Part shown: positions 51,556 to 63,153 of the stretch, in pieces
Numbering within the stretch: the first letter of the stretch is position 1
Layout: each line of letters starts with the position of its first letter
Assembly (NCBI GenBank): GCA_043228905.1
Contig: JBHGNT010000009.1
Coordinates: 3,348,001-3,412,000, forward strand
Origin: Azolla caroliniana
Lineage: Eukaryota > Plantae > Polypodiophyta
Reading direction: 5' to 3'
Length of the DNA: 64,000 bases
Made by a program: the position numbers and the translations under genes
The notes under the pieces: model-generated
The model's input: the letters and a program-made list of their open reading frames with translations, nothing else
Told to the model about the DNA's origin: nothing
The model's database searches: none

Positions 51556-53447
51556 CTCGTAACTTGGAACATATGTTTCAGCTGAAATTCTGTTACAATA
51601 TCTCAGAATGGGGTATATTCAAGATTTTAGTTCTAAAGTTTTACAATATGTTGAAGAGAATCAAATAATTGTTTTATGAGCAGTGGTTACCTATCAATCA
51701 ACAATTTATAAGTTTTGATTAATCACTACACATAAGAAAAGAATAAGACCTGTGTGTGGCATCATTCACTACAACGGAAAGTTAAAAACACAATAGGCAT
51801 ATACATATGCATCTAAAATTGAAGTCTGTGTGCTTGATTGATGGTGGGAGTCTCACTAGAATGGGTTGCATCAAAAGCGTATAGAGAGTATGAAGGTTCA
51901 CAAAATCGACAATATTTTATATGAAAGATTGTGTATGCTGGTCAATGTATATTTATATTTCTGTGTGCTCATTTGTATGCTACATGCATGAAGGCCACTT
52001 AATAATCGCCATGACCACTTCGATCAATTCCCTAGGCTTTGGTTCCTTGCATTTGAGCAATTTCTCTTGACTTTTGTAAATGTTATTCATAGTCATAGAG
52101 CAGCTCAGGGCATATCTACAGGAAAGCTTTGACAATTACTTGGAGTCCCACATGAAACAGTTACCCCCCTTTGTTTTACATGTGTAGAACATTGAAAATT
52201 AAACTTGCCTAATGATCATGTGGAAGTGTACATCAAAATGCTGAAGTTGATCATGGAATAGTGTTAAGTGTACATTAAAATGCTGAAGGTTATCATGTTA
52301 TAGTGTTATGTACTGTTATTGAAGTTGGTCAAAGGTCTAATGTCTAAAGAATGTGCAGATTTTTAGTGGTATGTGGGGATTTAAAGCTTCAGTGAAATCT
52401 GTGTAAAAAGTGAGTGGGATAATTTGATTGTATGGCAAACAAAGGATCAAATGGAATGATGAAGGTAAGGCGTAGACCACTAAAGAATCATGATACGTAG
52501 TTTTGATGGTCATTGAATGATTGTAAAGAAAGGACATATCATCCAGAACAAAAAATGATAAATTCTGTAGTGCTCACGAGAACAAGCAAAGAACTAGAAG
52601 ATATAAAATTTTATAGAGACATGTGATGTTTATATTCCTGTCAACAACAGTTCGTAGCTGTAACAAATAGGGATCAGAAAATACCTTTTATGATATGAAG
52701 ATGCAACGTTCACGAAATGGCAGTTGATTGACGATAATTCTTACATGGGAATATTATACAGTTAGCTAGCTACCTTTGTCATTTCAGGTGTGTGTACACA
52801 GTACTCTTTTAACAGTTTTAAAGTCCAGAATGCAATGTGTTTATTTTCAAAGATAGGAAATGAAGAAGCATTTTAATCATGTAGAGAACATGAATTCGTA
52901 TGGCCAAGAACAAATTCAAGAAAACATCAATTTGTGTATAAATTCTCATTACGATAGAGACTTGAGTTGTTTGTTGATGTGTATAGATAGATGATTGTCT
53001 TTAAATGCCGATGGGTTTGAAGAAAGGTGAATTCTAGAGCGTGAATGACACGACAAACATGGAGAACAAATATGTGGGCTATTTAGTGTAAGATAAATAA
53101 GTGATGTAGCCCATATGGAAGTAGGTAAATGTCTAAAGTTGTGTATTGTATGTCATTTTAACTAATGGAGTATATTCTTCTTTGGAAAAAAAAAGAGGTG
53201 AATTCTGGATATAATATCAAAAAGAGCTTCTCATCAATCTCAAATTGTTTTGAAACACGAATTTATATAGAATAATAAATGCCTTTTCCTTCTATCTCAA
53301 TTGTGTTCAAGAAACATGAAATTCTAGATTGATTATAAGTGCTTCTCGTTTTAAATCACCATTCCAAACAATCAAGTACAGGGAAAAACAATCAGATGTG
53401 CACGTCTATAAATTAAACGAAAGATTGAACGAGAGAGATTAATAGTT

Positions 53448-56400
53448 TTATCGCCTCGATCTCAAGGCCTGAAAGCGCACTGAGAGATCATCGTAATCAG
53501 GAAGCTTGGGATGAACATGAGGAGCCATATTATCATTATTATAAGCTGATGGAGGAGGAGCTGAGCGCTTTGGGGGAGAATATCTTTGTTTAAAACTTCC
53601 ATTACCAATGCTCTGTTCTATTCCTTCAATATTATCATCATATCTACTAGCCTCATCATCATCATGCATATTGAATTGATCTCTGCTGTAGTCATGTGAC
53701 TTCTTGTTGTACTGCATCCTTTCTCCACTTATCCGCTTCCGATTATATTGCTCTAGTTCATCATCAGGATCCTCATCAAAGATAGGCTTCTGATTAATCA
53801 TATTATTGTTGTAGTAGGACGCATTCCTTCCCACTTGATGCTGTTGATTCATTTTTTCTTCGCTATCCTCACTCACATCATCATCATCAAAACGTGAGTT
53901 TAATGGCGGCCCTTCATTCCTAGGAATATGATTATCAAATGAGTCGGTATCTATTCTAAAATACTCTTTAGATTGTTGTTTTGATTGTTGCCAGTGTTGC
54001 AAGCCATTAATATTATTATAAATTTGACCTCCTCTTCTTCTTTCTTCTCTTTCTTCTGCTTCTTCCCTATCTTCTTCTTCTTCTTCACTGCCTGATGTTG
54101 ATTGTTCTGTTGAGCTTCCATTACTATAAGAGTGATTCTGTGTGTTAAATTTGTTGATTGTTGCATTAGAGCTGGATTTGGCCAATGACGATGCAACAGC
54201 CATGGCGGCAGCTGCAGCTCTCTCTGCAGATTGGGCTGCTTCTCTTGCTGCAGCCACCACATCTGACCTATTGTAATCCTCCCCTGATTTCTTTTGGTTG
54301 ATATCTGAACGGAAATTTTCACTATGACTATTATGATCCTCATCCTCAGCACTATCATCATCCTCGTCATTGGTTGGTAAAGCGGACATCGCAAAATGTA
54401 CAGATTTGTGTGGTTTAACGAGTTTGTTCTGTTTGATTGTTGATTTCAAAACAATTCCGTGTCCATATGATTCTGACGTAGCAGGTCTGCATGGTGATCT
54501 TATAAGATCTCCCAAGTCTGGCAGATCTATATGCACCTCATCGTCCTGTATCACCGTCACACAGAAAGTTAATCAGAATGTTATACTCAAAAGTACTAAA
54601 AGTTGTTTGTCAAAGGATGCTTCATTGGGAGGACAAGCCTCTAAAAGTTGTTGGGGATCAGAAATCATGCTTAAAATACTAAAGATTGCTTTTCAAGGAT
54701 TCTTTTTTGCATCTACTTGCAAAAATGATTCGTTATATAGAAAATACCTCCACTCGAGTTCTCAGCTCCTCTTGATGTGTAGCTTGATCCATATTGAACC
54801 TATCTGTACCATTCTGAAATAGATCATTTTGATTTTGACATGTTTGTTAGCTCCACGATTTCCGATAAGAAAATGTACTCAACACTTTCGTCATGCAAAT
54901 ACACACACATGAGTATGTATGTTTATATCTCAAAATAAAGGACATCATCAAATTAAAGAATTTAGATTTTAATGCATACTAGCAAATCTTGAGGCAGCTT
55001 GAAAACTTCAGCTTCGAGTGATTTTGCATCCCATTCAACACCCTGTTCCAGGGCTATGTCTCTCATCAATTTCAACTTCACCTCTTCTGACGGTGCTCTT
55101 ACTGATAGCTTCTCAATAACCTGTAAGGAAAAATATAGGGATCAGATATAAGACTCCGTTGGTGCATAACTTAAACCATTTTGAAAATTTAAAAAGAAAA
55201 GGCAATCAATCAATAGTAAGCAGTTAAATTTAGCTAGCCTTTGATTGATTCAAAGGAGCTGTGATATTCAGAAATTATATTAATCAACTTGTTTTGATCC
55301 ATTGAAAATAATCTCTGGTTAAGTATCTTACCAATCTATTCACACCACAGTCAGGTCTCAATTCAGCTGCAGCCGAGACGAAATCTTTTCCATATTTTGA
55401 AGCAAAAACACTGGAAATTTGCTGCAATTCAGGAAGTTCGGCACACCTTGGAGCAGCAAAAGCTAGGCTTGCTACAGCCTCTTTTAAATCAATAGGGCAT
55501 AATCTGTTTGGAAGGAAGCAGAAGAAGAAGAGGAAGAAAAAGGAAGCACAATAATTGAAAAAATCAGTGTTGATTATATTTTAGCAATGTCATATTATCA
55601 ATACACTAACTTCAGAATGAAAAGAGACAATTAAAGAATACACTGTAATTACACATAGGGTATTACTTTTAGTTTTACACACATAATTATGACTCAAACT
55701 TATATTTGAAGACAGATATTTGGAAGGGAATTGATGAATCATAAGTCACTAAGAAATTAGATTATTTTTACCAAACATAGCTCTTATACAGACCTCTGTG
55801 ACTCGATAATCGGGAGGCGAACAACTAGCAACTCACAGAATAGTTCGATAATCTCATAAGTAGCCATTATGTTTTGCTCTCTGTATACATGTTCAACCTG
55901 ATTCCAAATAATAAAAACATCATCTTTGAAGATTTAAATCTGAAATGTGCGACAGAGCAAAATTTACTAATACAATCTTAATCAAGTAGAGGAATAGTTT
56001 CTATACCCGAATGTGGGCTGTTAAGTCTTGCTTGTTCTGTAGAAGTTGTGCAAGATCTCGTTTCATTTGCTTGAGTTGGATGTCTCTTTTGTTCCGAAGC
56101 AACTTGATACGTGAAATTGCTAGCCGAAGGAGCGTTTTGCTGTTCAAAATCAATGGATGACATAAAACAAGATATGATGAATTGTATAACCAACGTCTTG
56201 CATAAAACCAGTTACCATGAAATAATATATAACAAATCAATAGCATTTACGTTGATGAATTCCGAGCTATGGGTTACACATGAGCATATGTAGTGCTGAC
56301 CTAGTTTAATCATTCCATTGTTCTCATAGATCAAGACAGCGTGACATGAAATTTCATCTCTACCTCTCTGTCTCTTGGAAAATCACAGAACGCCACACTA

Positions 56401-56568
56401 GGTGAAAATATTTTCAGTTTTGATTCGAGGGGTCATAATTTACATGCTCGATAATAAAATCTGGTAAATGTTAATCTCTCGCAGGTGTATGTTGTGGGTG
56501 CGAGAAGAGAGGTCTCACCATTTTCCAGTGTTGAATGATTTGCCAAACACAAGCGACCGATTGAACAT
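53448..56568 (-). CDS. IST1-like protein (regulator of Vps4 activity, ESCRT-III associated)
   Basis: Exons 56568-56519, 56139-56007, 55897-55794, 55503-55332, 55120-54980, 54813-54748 and 54545-53448. Ist1 domain (CKTLLRLAISRIKLLRNKR, IRVEHVYREQN, ELFCELLVVRLPIIESQR, EAVASLAFAAPRCAELPEL, KYGKDF). AREAAQSAERAAAAA helix and C-terminal HPKLPDYDDLSVRFQAL motif. Confidence 0.93.
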
Positions 56569-57889
56569 TTTTGGTGAAAAAGGAAAAAGCTTTACTGCTT
56601 CGCCTTCGTCTCGGGCTCCTCCGCGTCCGTTCTGTTTCACGATTATGAAGCTTGTTCTGAGAGAGAGAAAGAGAGACAGAGACAGAGACAGAGACAGAGA
56701 AACAGACAGACAAGAGAAACAGAGACACAGAGAAATATGAACGTTTGAAACTTTCAAAATGAACCTTTCGTTTCTTCGCCCCTGCATATTCTTCTTCGCC
56801 ACAAGGTTTTTTGTTATTTACAATAAATACCCCTGCCGATTCTTCTTCGTCAAGAAGGATTTTTGTTATTTACAACGGATACCCCTAGTAAAGGGGCTTT
56901 TGCTTTAGAAAGAGAATTCCCCATTCATTATATGTTTTACTAACAATCTGGTTAATATAAAACCCTAACACTCGTGATGGAGTCACCAACTCACAAAAAG
57001 CAATTCAAATGTGAAAAAAAGTAAGCACGTACGATTAATCAGGCAGCATGCTTGAGAAGAAACAAATATATGGAGATCTATTTTGATGATGAAAGTAAAA
57101 TATTGACAATGTATCCAAAATCATCGAATGATAATCAAAACTACTAAAATATTTCCTATGGCATTGCATGGTTGACGAATGGAATTTTTCAACTGAATGA
57201 TGGTTGGTTGATAGAGAGTATTTTGCATAATAGTCAATATGTAGCTAAGGAGAATACTCTTCCACCTCTAGGATGAGTTAACAGTGTCCTTATCCCAAGG
57301 GGAACTAACAAGAATAGGTCATTGCTTAAAGGGGGTTGAATGTGTATGCCACCTTCTCATAACTCAATAAATGAGACCTAGACTATATCCAATCTTGAGA
57401 TATGTTTTGTACCTCAACATTGCTTCTCAAAGTCCACTCCTTGCACATACAAATTGAACTTTCTACAACTGATATACATATATAACTTAATCACTCTCCC
57501 AATAGCACAAATAACTTAATCACTTTCCCAATAGCACGATAATAACTTATGTTATGCCCTGAAACTTTATTATTATTATATTACACTAGTTATATACAAT
57601 ATCAAACTAGAACAAGCATGCCTCTAACCTCTCTCCTTTCACTATCCACATTGGTAGTATAAATTTCCAACTTCACTCGTCTTTTCTTGACACTCTTCTT
57701 GTTTCTCCCTTTCCTAGCTTTGCAAATTCTGAACCCACGGCCTTTGTGATTATATATAATGGTGGGGAGATTCACTTTAATGCAAGGACCATTGATTTGG
57801 ATGTGGTGAGGAATTGTGTTTCCATGTCTCGTTCGGAAGATAAACCTCTTGATTCATTATAACAAATAATAAAACAAATGTTGTAAGCA

Positions 57890-58168
57890 CAATTGAATTT
57901 GTCATAATATGTATAGGCACGCACCCTCGATCAATCAAAAAACTCATTGAAATTGTCACATACACCATTGATTGAGAAACAAATACATGTATGGATACTC
58001 TACAAAAAGCTCATTGAAATCGTCACAATACATATAGGCTTGAATTCTCGATCGAAAAGTTCAAATACATGCATGGATACTCTACATAAAGCGCATTGAA
58101 ATCATCACAATACATATAGGCGTGAATTCTCGATCGAAAAACAAGTATGTATATGCATGGGCACTCTA
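57890..58168. repeat. ~82-bp tandem repeat, about 3 diverged copies, upstream of the PPR gene
   Basis: CATTGAAAT(C/T)(G/A)TCACA(A)TACA..., ATGGATACTCTAC and GAATTCTCGATCGAAAA recur. Confidence 0.75.
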
Positions 58169-58295
58169 AAATCCTTGATGAACCTAAATGAATATGTACA
58201 ATATTATTGTGAAGATTATTCGTTAACTAAGATTATCGATTAATTAAGTTTTTGAAAGGTAGCGCCTTCTCTCTATTTTTCGAGGATTTACAGAA

Positions 58296-60779
58296 ATGGC
58301 CGAGCCATGGCTACCTTCCAGGCTCTCTTCTCTGCTGAGGAGCTGTCGTGACCTTGCTTCTCTCTCTGACGGTAGGTTAATCCACAGTGCTATCGCCCTC
58401 TGTGGATTAGACAATCAGATCTTCATTCAGAACCTCCTCCTGCAAATGTATGGATCTTGCAGAGCTTTTGATGATGCCAGAGACATACTCAACACCATGC
58501 CTCATCGCAATCTGTTCACATGGAGCTTCGTTATAAGGGCTTACGCTGAAGAAGCACGCACCGATGAAGTTTTTTCTCTATTTGAACAGATGAAAACCGA
58601 AGGTATAGTGGCTCCTCTAATCACAAACAAGTTTTTATTTATTAGTATTCTGTCTTCATGTGAATGCGTTTCTTGTCTTTTTCACTGCAAAAGGCTCCAT
58701 GTGAACGTTTTGAACAGTGATATCGATGTGGATGTTGTCTTAGGCGCTGCTTTTGTTAATGTTTATAGGAGATGTGGTAGTATCATCAATGCCCAGAGAA
58801 CATTTTTCAGTTTGTGCAATAAAGATGTCTTCTTATACAACTTGATGATAACCTTACATGGTGAAAAGGGACATAGCATTTCTGCCACTCAGCATTATAA
58901 GAGGATGTATATTGAAGGAGTACTGCCAGATAAGGTTACATTCATTACAATTTTATGTGCTTCTGTGGGTGAAACTGTGGAAATGGAAGGAAAACGTATT
59001 CATAGTAGTATTCTAAAGAGCCAATTCAAAGAGGATGTGAATGTATGTAACTCTATTCTGAGCATGTATTCGACCAACGGTAAGGTAAGAGATGCAAAGA
59101 AAATATTCAAGAGCATGGCAAAGGTCGATGCCATCTCATGTAATACAATGATGACGTGCTATGTACAAAATATGTACTTCGATGAGGCATTCATAATCTT
59201 TGAGCAAATGTGGAACCGTCAAATCAAACCAACAAAGGTCACATATGCTACAATTTTACAGTGTCATTCAAGACAGAAGGATATAACACAAGGGAGAATA
59301 TTACATTCTTGTGTACTTGAGATGGAACTGGGGGAAAATGCTGCCATATGTAATGCTATTATCCGAATGTATGGAAAATGCGGCAGTCTCCATGATGCAT
59401 GGAAGGTATTTGATGGAATGTGTGAGCAGGATGTTGTCTCGTGGACAGCTATTGTTACTGCCTATGCTGAAAATGGTCAGTGTATGGCAGCTGTTGAGCT
59501 CTTGAATAAGATGCGATCACGGGTAGTTGTAGATAAAGGAGCTTTTACCAGTATTGTTTCAGCATTTATTACTAGCTCCTGTCAAATGAATAGCAATGCT
59601 GACATCCGACCCAACAAGCATGTTCTCTTCTGTGGAAGTGAAGAAAATGAAGAAATGGATATCCTTATGCTTGCAAAGAGGATTTTTGATGATATGGAAA
59701 CAAGGGATATTGTTGTGTGGAATGTGATGATTTCTGCATATGCTGAAACTGGACTTGGAAGATCTGCTTTACAACTATTTGTCCAAATGCTGGAGGAAAA
59801 CATGCTACCAGATCAACATGTTTGCTCTAGGATTCTATCAGTGTGTAGCAACAACGGGTATCTAAAAGAAGGTATGTGTTTGCAGTCTCTCGCCTTGGAG
59901 AATAATCTTGAAGTGGATGCTGTAATGGGCAACTCTCTTCTCAGCTTATATGGGAAGCGTGGCTCCTTGGAGGATGTGAAGAAACTGTTTTATAGTATTC
60001 CTGAGCATGATGCTGTAACATGGTCTGTGATGATTGGAGCATTTTCTTTGCATGGAAATGGTGATATTGTGTTGCAGCTGTATGAACAGATGCTTATAGA
60101 GGGAGGTTTACCAGATAAAATAACTTTTCTTGAGGTTTTGTCCTCTTGTTCTGGCTACACTGCTCTTAACCATGGAAAGCAGGTGCATACTCACGTGATC
60201 ACTAGATTTGTGGATATTGATCTAGTTCTAGGAAATGGTTTAATTAATATGTATGCAAAGTGTGGCGATCTACAGACAGCTAGAAAATTGTTTGATACCA
60301 TGCTGGAGAGGGATGTGAGCTCATGGAATGCAATGATCAGTGCATATGCTCAGAATGGGTTCTGTAAATACGCCCTCCATTTGTTTTGGCAAATGAAGCA
60401 AGTCATTGTTTCACCTAATAGCATCACTCTTGTTTCTGTTCTTTCTGCATGCAGTTATGGTGGCATGCTTTATGAATCCATCTATCACTTTATTTCGATG
60501 TATCTAGATCATAAAATTCGTCCTGAACTGGAACATTACAATAACATGATTGATTTACTCGGCAGGATAGGAACCCTTGATTTGGCTGAAATTTTTATTA
60601 GGAACATGCCCTATCAACCAACTACCATTTCATGGATGATTTTTCTTAGTGCTTGTAAATACCAGCTTGATTTTGAGCGAGCAACAGAAGCAACCTGCTT
60701 TGCTCTAGAGTTAGATTCTAATAACTTGGCCCCTTCTGTAGTCTTAACAAGTATATATTCTGCAACTGGTAAGGGTTGA
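58296..60779 (+). CDS. PLS-class pentatricopeptide repeat protein, E subclass (no DYW)
   Basis: Intronless 827-aa ORF with P-L-S triplets (NAIIRMYGKCGSLHDAWKVF, DVVSWTAIVTAYAENG, ITLVSVLSACSYGG, HYNNMIDLLGRIG) and an E-like C-terminus. Confidence 0.93.
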   Translation: MAEPWLPSRLSSLLRSCRDLASLSDGRLIHSAIALCGLDNQIFIQNLLLQMYGSCRAFDDARDILNTMPHRNLFTWSFVIRAYAEEARTDEVFSLFEQMKTEGIVAPLITNKFLFISILSSCECVSCLFHCKRLHVNVLNSDIDVDVVLGAAFVNVYRRCGSIINAQRTFFSLCNKDVFLYNLMITLHGEKGHSISATQHYKRMYIEGVLPDKVTFITILCASVGETVEMEGKRIHSSILKSQFKEDVNVCNSILSMYSTNGKVRDAKKIFKSMAKVDAISCNTMMTCYVQNMYFDEAFIIFEQMWNRQIKPTKVTYATILQCHSRQKDITQGRILHSCVLEMELGENAAICNAIIRMYGKCGSLHDAWKVFDGMCEQDVVSWTAIVTAYAENGQCMAAVELLNKMRSRVVVDKGAFTSIVSAFITSSCQMNSNADIRPNKHVLFCGSEENEEMDILMLAKRIFDDMETRDIVVWNVMISAYAETGLGRSALQLFVQMLEENMLPDQHVCSRILSVCSNNGYLKEGMCLQSLALENNLEVDAVMGNSLLSLYGKRGSLEDVKKLFYSIPEHDAVTWSVMIGAFSLHGNGDIVLQLYEQMLIEGGLPDKITFLEVLSSCSGYTALNHGKQVHTHVITRFVDIDLVLGNGLINMYAKCGDLQTARKLFDTMLERDVSSWNAMISAYAQNGFCKYALHLFWQMKQVIVSPNSITLVSVLSACSYGGMLYESIYHFISMYLDHKIRPELEHYNNMIDLLGRIGTLDLAEIFIRNMPYQPTTISWMIFLSACKYQLDFERATEATCFALELDSNNLAPSVVLTSIYSATGKG

Positions 60780-61393
60780 TTCTGAATTGCAACATCAACC
60801 CAGCAGAGTTGAACCTTACAAATTCAACAGCAGTAAGAGTCTAACACAACAGGTATATGGCGTAGAATGAAACCAAGTTTCAAATTGAAATTTTCCCAGA
60901 CGAAGAATATAGATTGTAGACAATACATACATGGGATAAATATCGTTTCTAAGAGGGAGTATAACTAATAATTTAGGTGCATGTCTGCCAACGTAAATTC
61001 CAAGCTTGTTGCTTAAGCCCAAATTTTCAAAAAGACAGGGTCTCCCAACCGCCAAGTTGTCTCTGCAAGTCTTCTCAATAAGAATATTGTTGGCTGAACC
61101 AACATATAAGAGCACTCCAAATGTTGATCTAATGTTGGAACTTGGCATTGAGTATTTAATATCTTCATTAAGCAGATGTGGATTGATGTCTTTTTTGAAA
61201 CATTGTGACAATCATTTGGGCCATAGTTTCAGCTCTCATTACACAGCTATTATTATACATAATAATATCTCCTTGAAGAGAGTAGATATCTCATTGAGAC
61301 ACACTCATTCACTCCCATGATAGATTGCCTTCTTTATATAGCTTTGCTTCAAACCCATTTGTCTTTTGGTGGGATGAAGATGCTTAATACGAC

Positions 61394-62489
61394 CATTATT
61401 GATGGTGATCGCTGTTGGTGTTACCTGAGTTGTTAATCCAACTCCTTCAATTAATTGTGCACTTCCAGATCCATGTCTGAAACTGTCAAGGGACTTTTGC
61501 TCCATTGTTAATTCCTCAAATTTGGAAGTTTTGATGACCTACTATTGGTGTATGGAATTCCTCAACAACTATCTTCATTATTGATGGTGATCGCTGTTGG
61601 TGTTACCTGAGTTGTTAATCCAACTCCGTCAATTAATTGTGCACTTCCAGATCCATGTCTGAAACTGTCAAGGGACTTTTGCTCCATTGTTAATTCCTCA
61701 AATTTGGAAGTTTTGATGACCTACTATTGGTGTATGGAATTCCTCAACAACTATCTTCATTATTGATGGTGATCGCTGTTGGTGTTACCTGAGTTGTTAA
61801 TCCAACTCCGTCAATTAATTGTGCACTTCCAGATCCATGTCTGAAACTGTCAAGGGACTTTTGCTCCATTGTTAATTCCTCAAATTTGGAAGTTTTGATG
61901 ACCTACTATTGGTGTATGGAATTCCTCAACAACTATCTTCATTATTGATGGTGATCGCTGTTGGTGTTACCTGAGTTGTTAATCCAACTCCTTCAATTAA
62001 TTGTGCACTTCCAGATCCATGTCTGAAACTGTCAAGGGACTTTTGCTCCATTGTTAATTCCTCAAATTTGGAAGTTTTGATGACCTACTATTGGTGTATG
62101 GAATTCCTCAACAACTATCTTCATTATTGATGGTGATCGCTGTTGGTGTTACCTGAGTTGTTAATCCAACTCCGTCAATTAATTGTGCACTTCCAGATCC
62201 ATGTCTGAAACTGTCAAGGGACTTTTGCTCCATTGTTAATTCCTCAAATTTGGAAGTTTTGATGACCTACTATTGGTGTATGGAATTCCTCAACAACTAT
62301 CTTCATTATTGATGGTGATCGCTGTTGGTGTTACCTGAGTTGTTAATCCAACTCCTTCAATTAATTGTGCACTTCCAGATCCATGTCTGAAACTGTCAAG
62401 GGACTTTTGCTCCATTGTTAATTCCTCAAATTTGGAAGTTTTGATGACCTACTATTGGTGTATGGAATTCCTCAACAACTATCTTCATT
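61394..62489. repeat. Near-perfect 182-bp tandem array, 6 copies
   Basis: Units start at 61394, 61576, 61758, 61940, 62122 and 62304. One visible polymorphism (ACTCC-T/G-TCAA) in the order T,G,G,T,G,T. The array ends in a CATT microhomology. Confidence 0.97.
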
Positions 62490-63153
62490 TAGTAGGAAAG
62501 ATATTAGGTATTGATCTGCCCTTCCAGAAGGCAAAAATACAAGCCATCCTGTTAGTGCTTGGTGTAACTTTGGCCAGACTAATGCAGTTGTGGCTTCTAA
62601 GTGTTGTCTCATGCAAATGTTTATGTCTCACAACCAAACCTGAATCACCAAGATCACCCATGAATAAATTCAGTTATCCTTGGATCGCAAGCATATTAGT
62701 TCTCTCCTCTGTATGGAAGCATCTTCTTGTTTTGGATGTCATGGAATGACCTTTGACAATTCACTCATTTGAACTCTTTATTTGCTTATTGTAGTCCAAA
62801 TGTCATGAATGTGTACAATTGAAAGGTTTGTTCTCACTCTTTCACATTTCATTTAGACAATCTAATGAAGATTTCACCAAATCATGGATATGATAACGAC
62901 TTTTTAGTGGCCAGAACCTCTTGTAAGGGCAATATGCCAAAAAATGTTGTTCAGACTTTATTGATCACCATGATGCCTCTATGAATGCCTATAATTTTTG
63001 TATCTTGTTCTTCATGGCACTGTGGCATTGCTTAAGATTTTGTTAATGTTTGTCATTGTAGCATTTCTTCAAGTTTGAAACAAACATTAACGATCATGAT
63101 TTCTATTTATTATCCGTGCAGAATATCTCGATGAAAACAATAGCTAATATCCT

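Noticed and set aside
53951-54822. ORFs 53951-54394 (-) and 54370-54822 (+)
   Set aside because: Alternative-frame and antisense shadows of the IST1-like last exon.
60816-61211. GIY-YIG nuclease or kinase call from GIYVG / SANNIL / FGVLL words
   Set aside because: The words are isolated and out of order, so no domain can be supported.
61394-62489. Possible CRISPR-like array or coding repeat
   Set aside because: The units are contiguous with no unique spacers, the context is eukaryotic, and 182 is not a multiple of 3.
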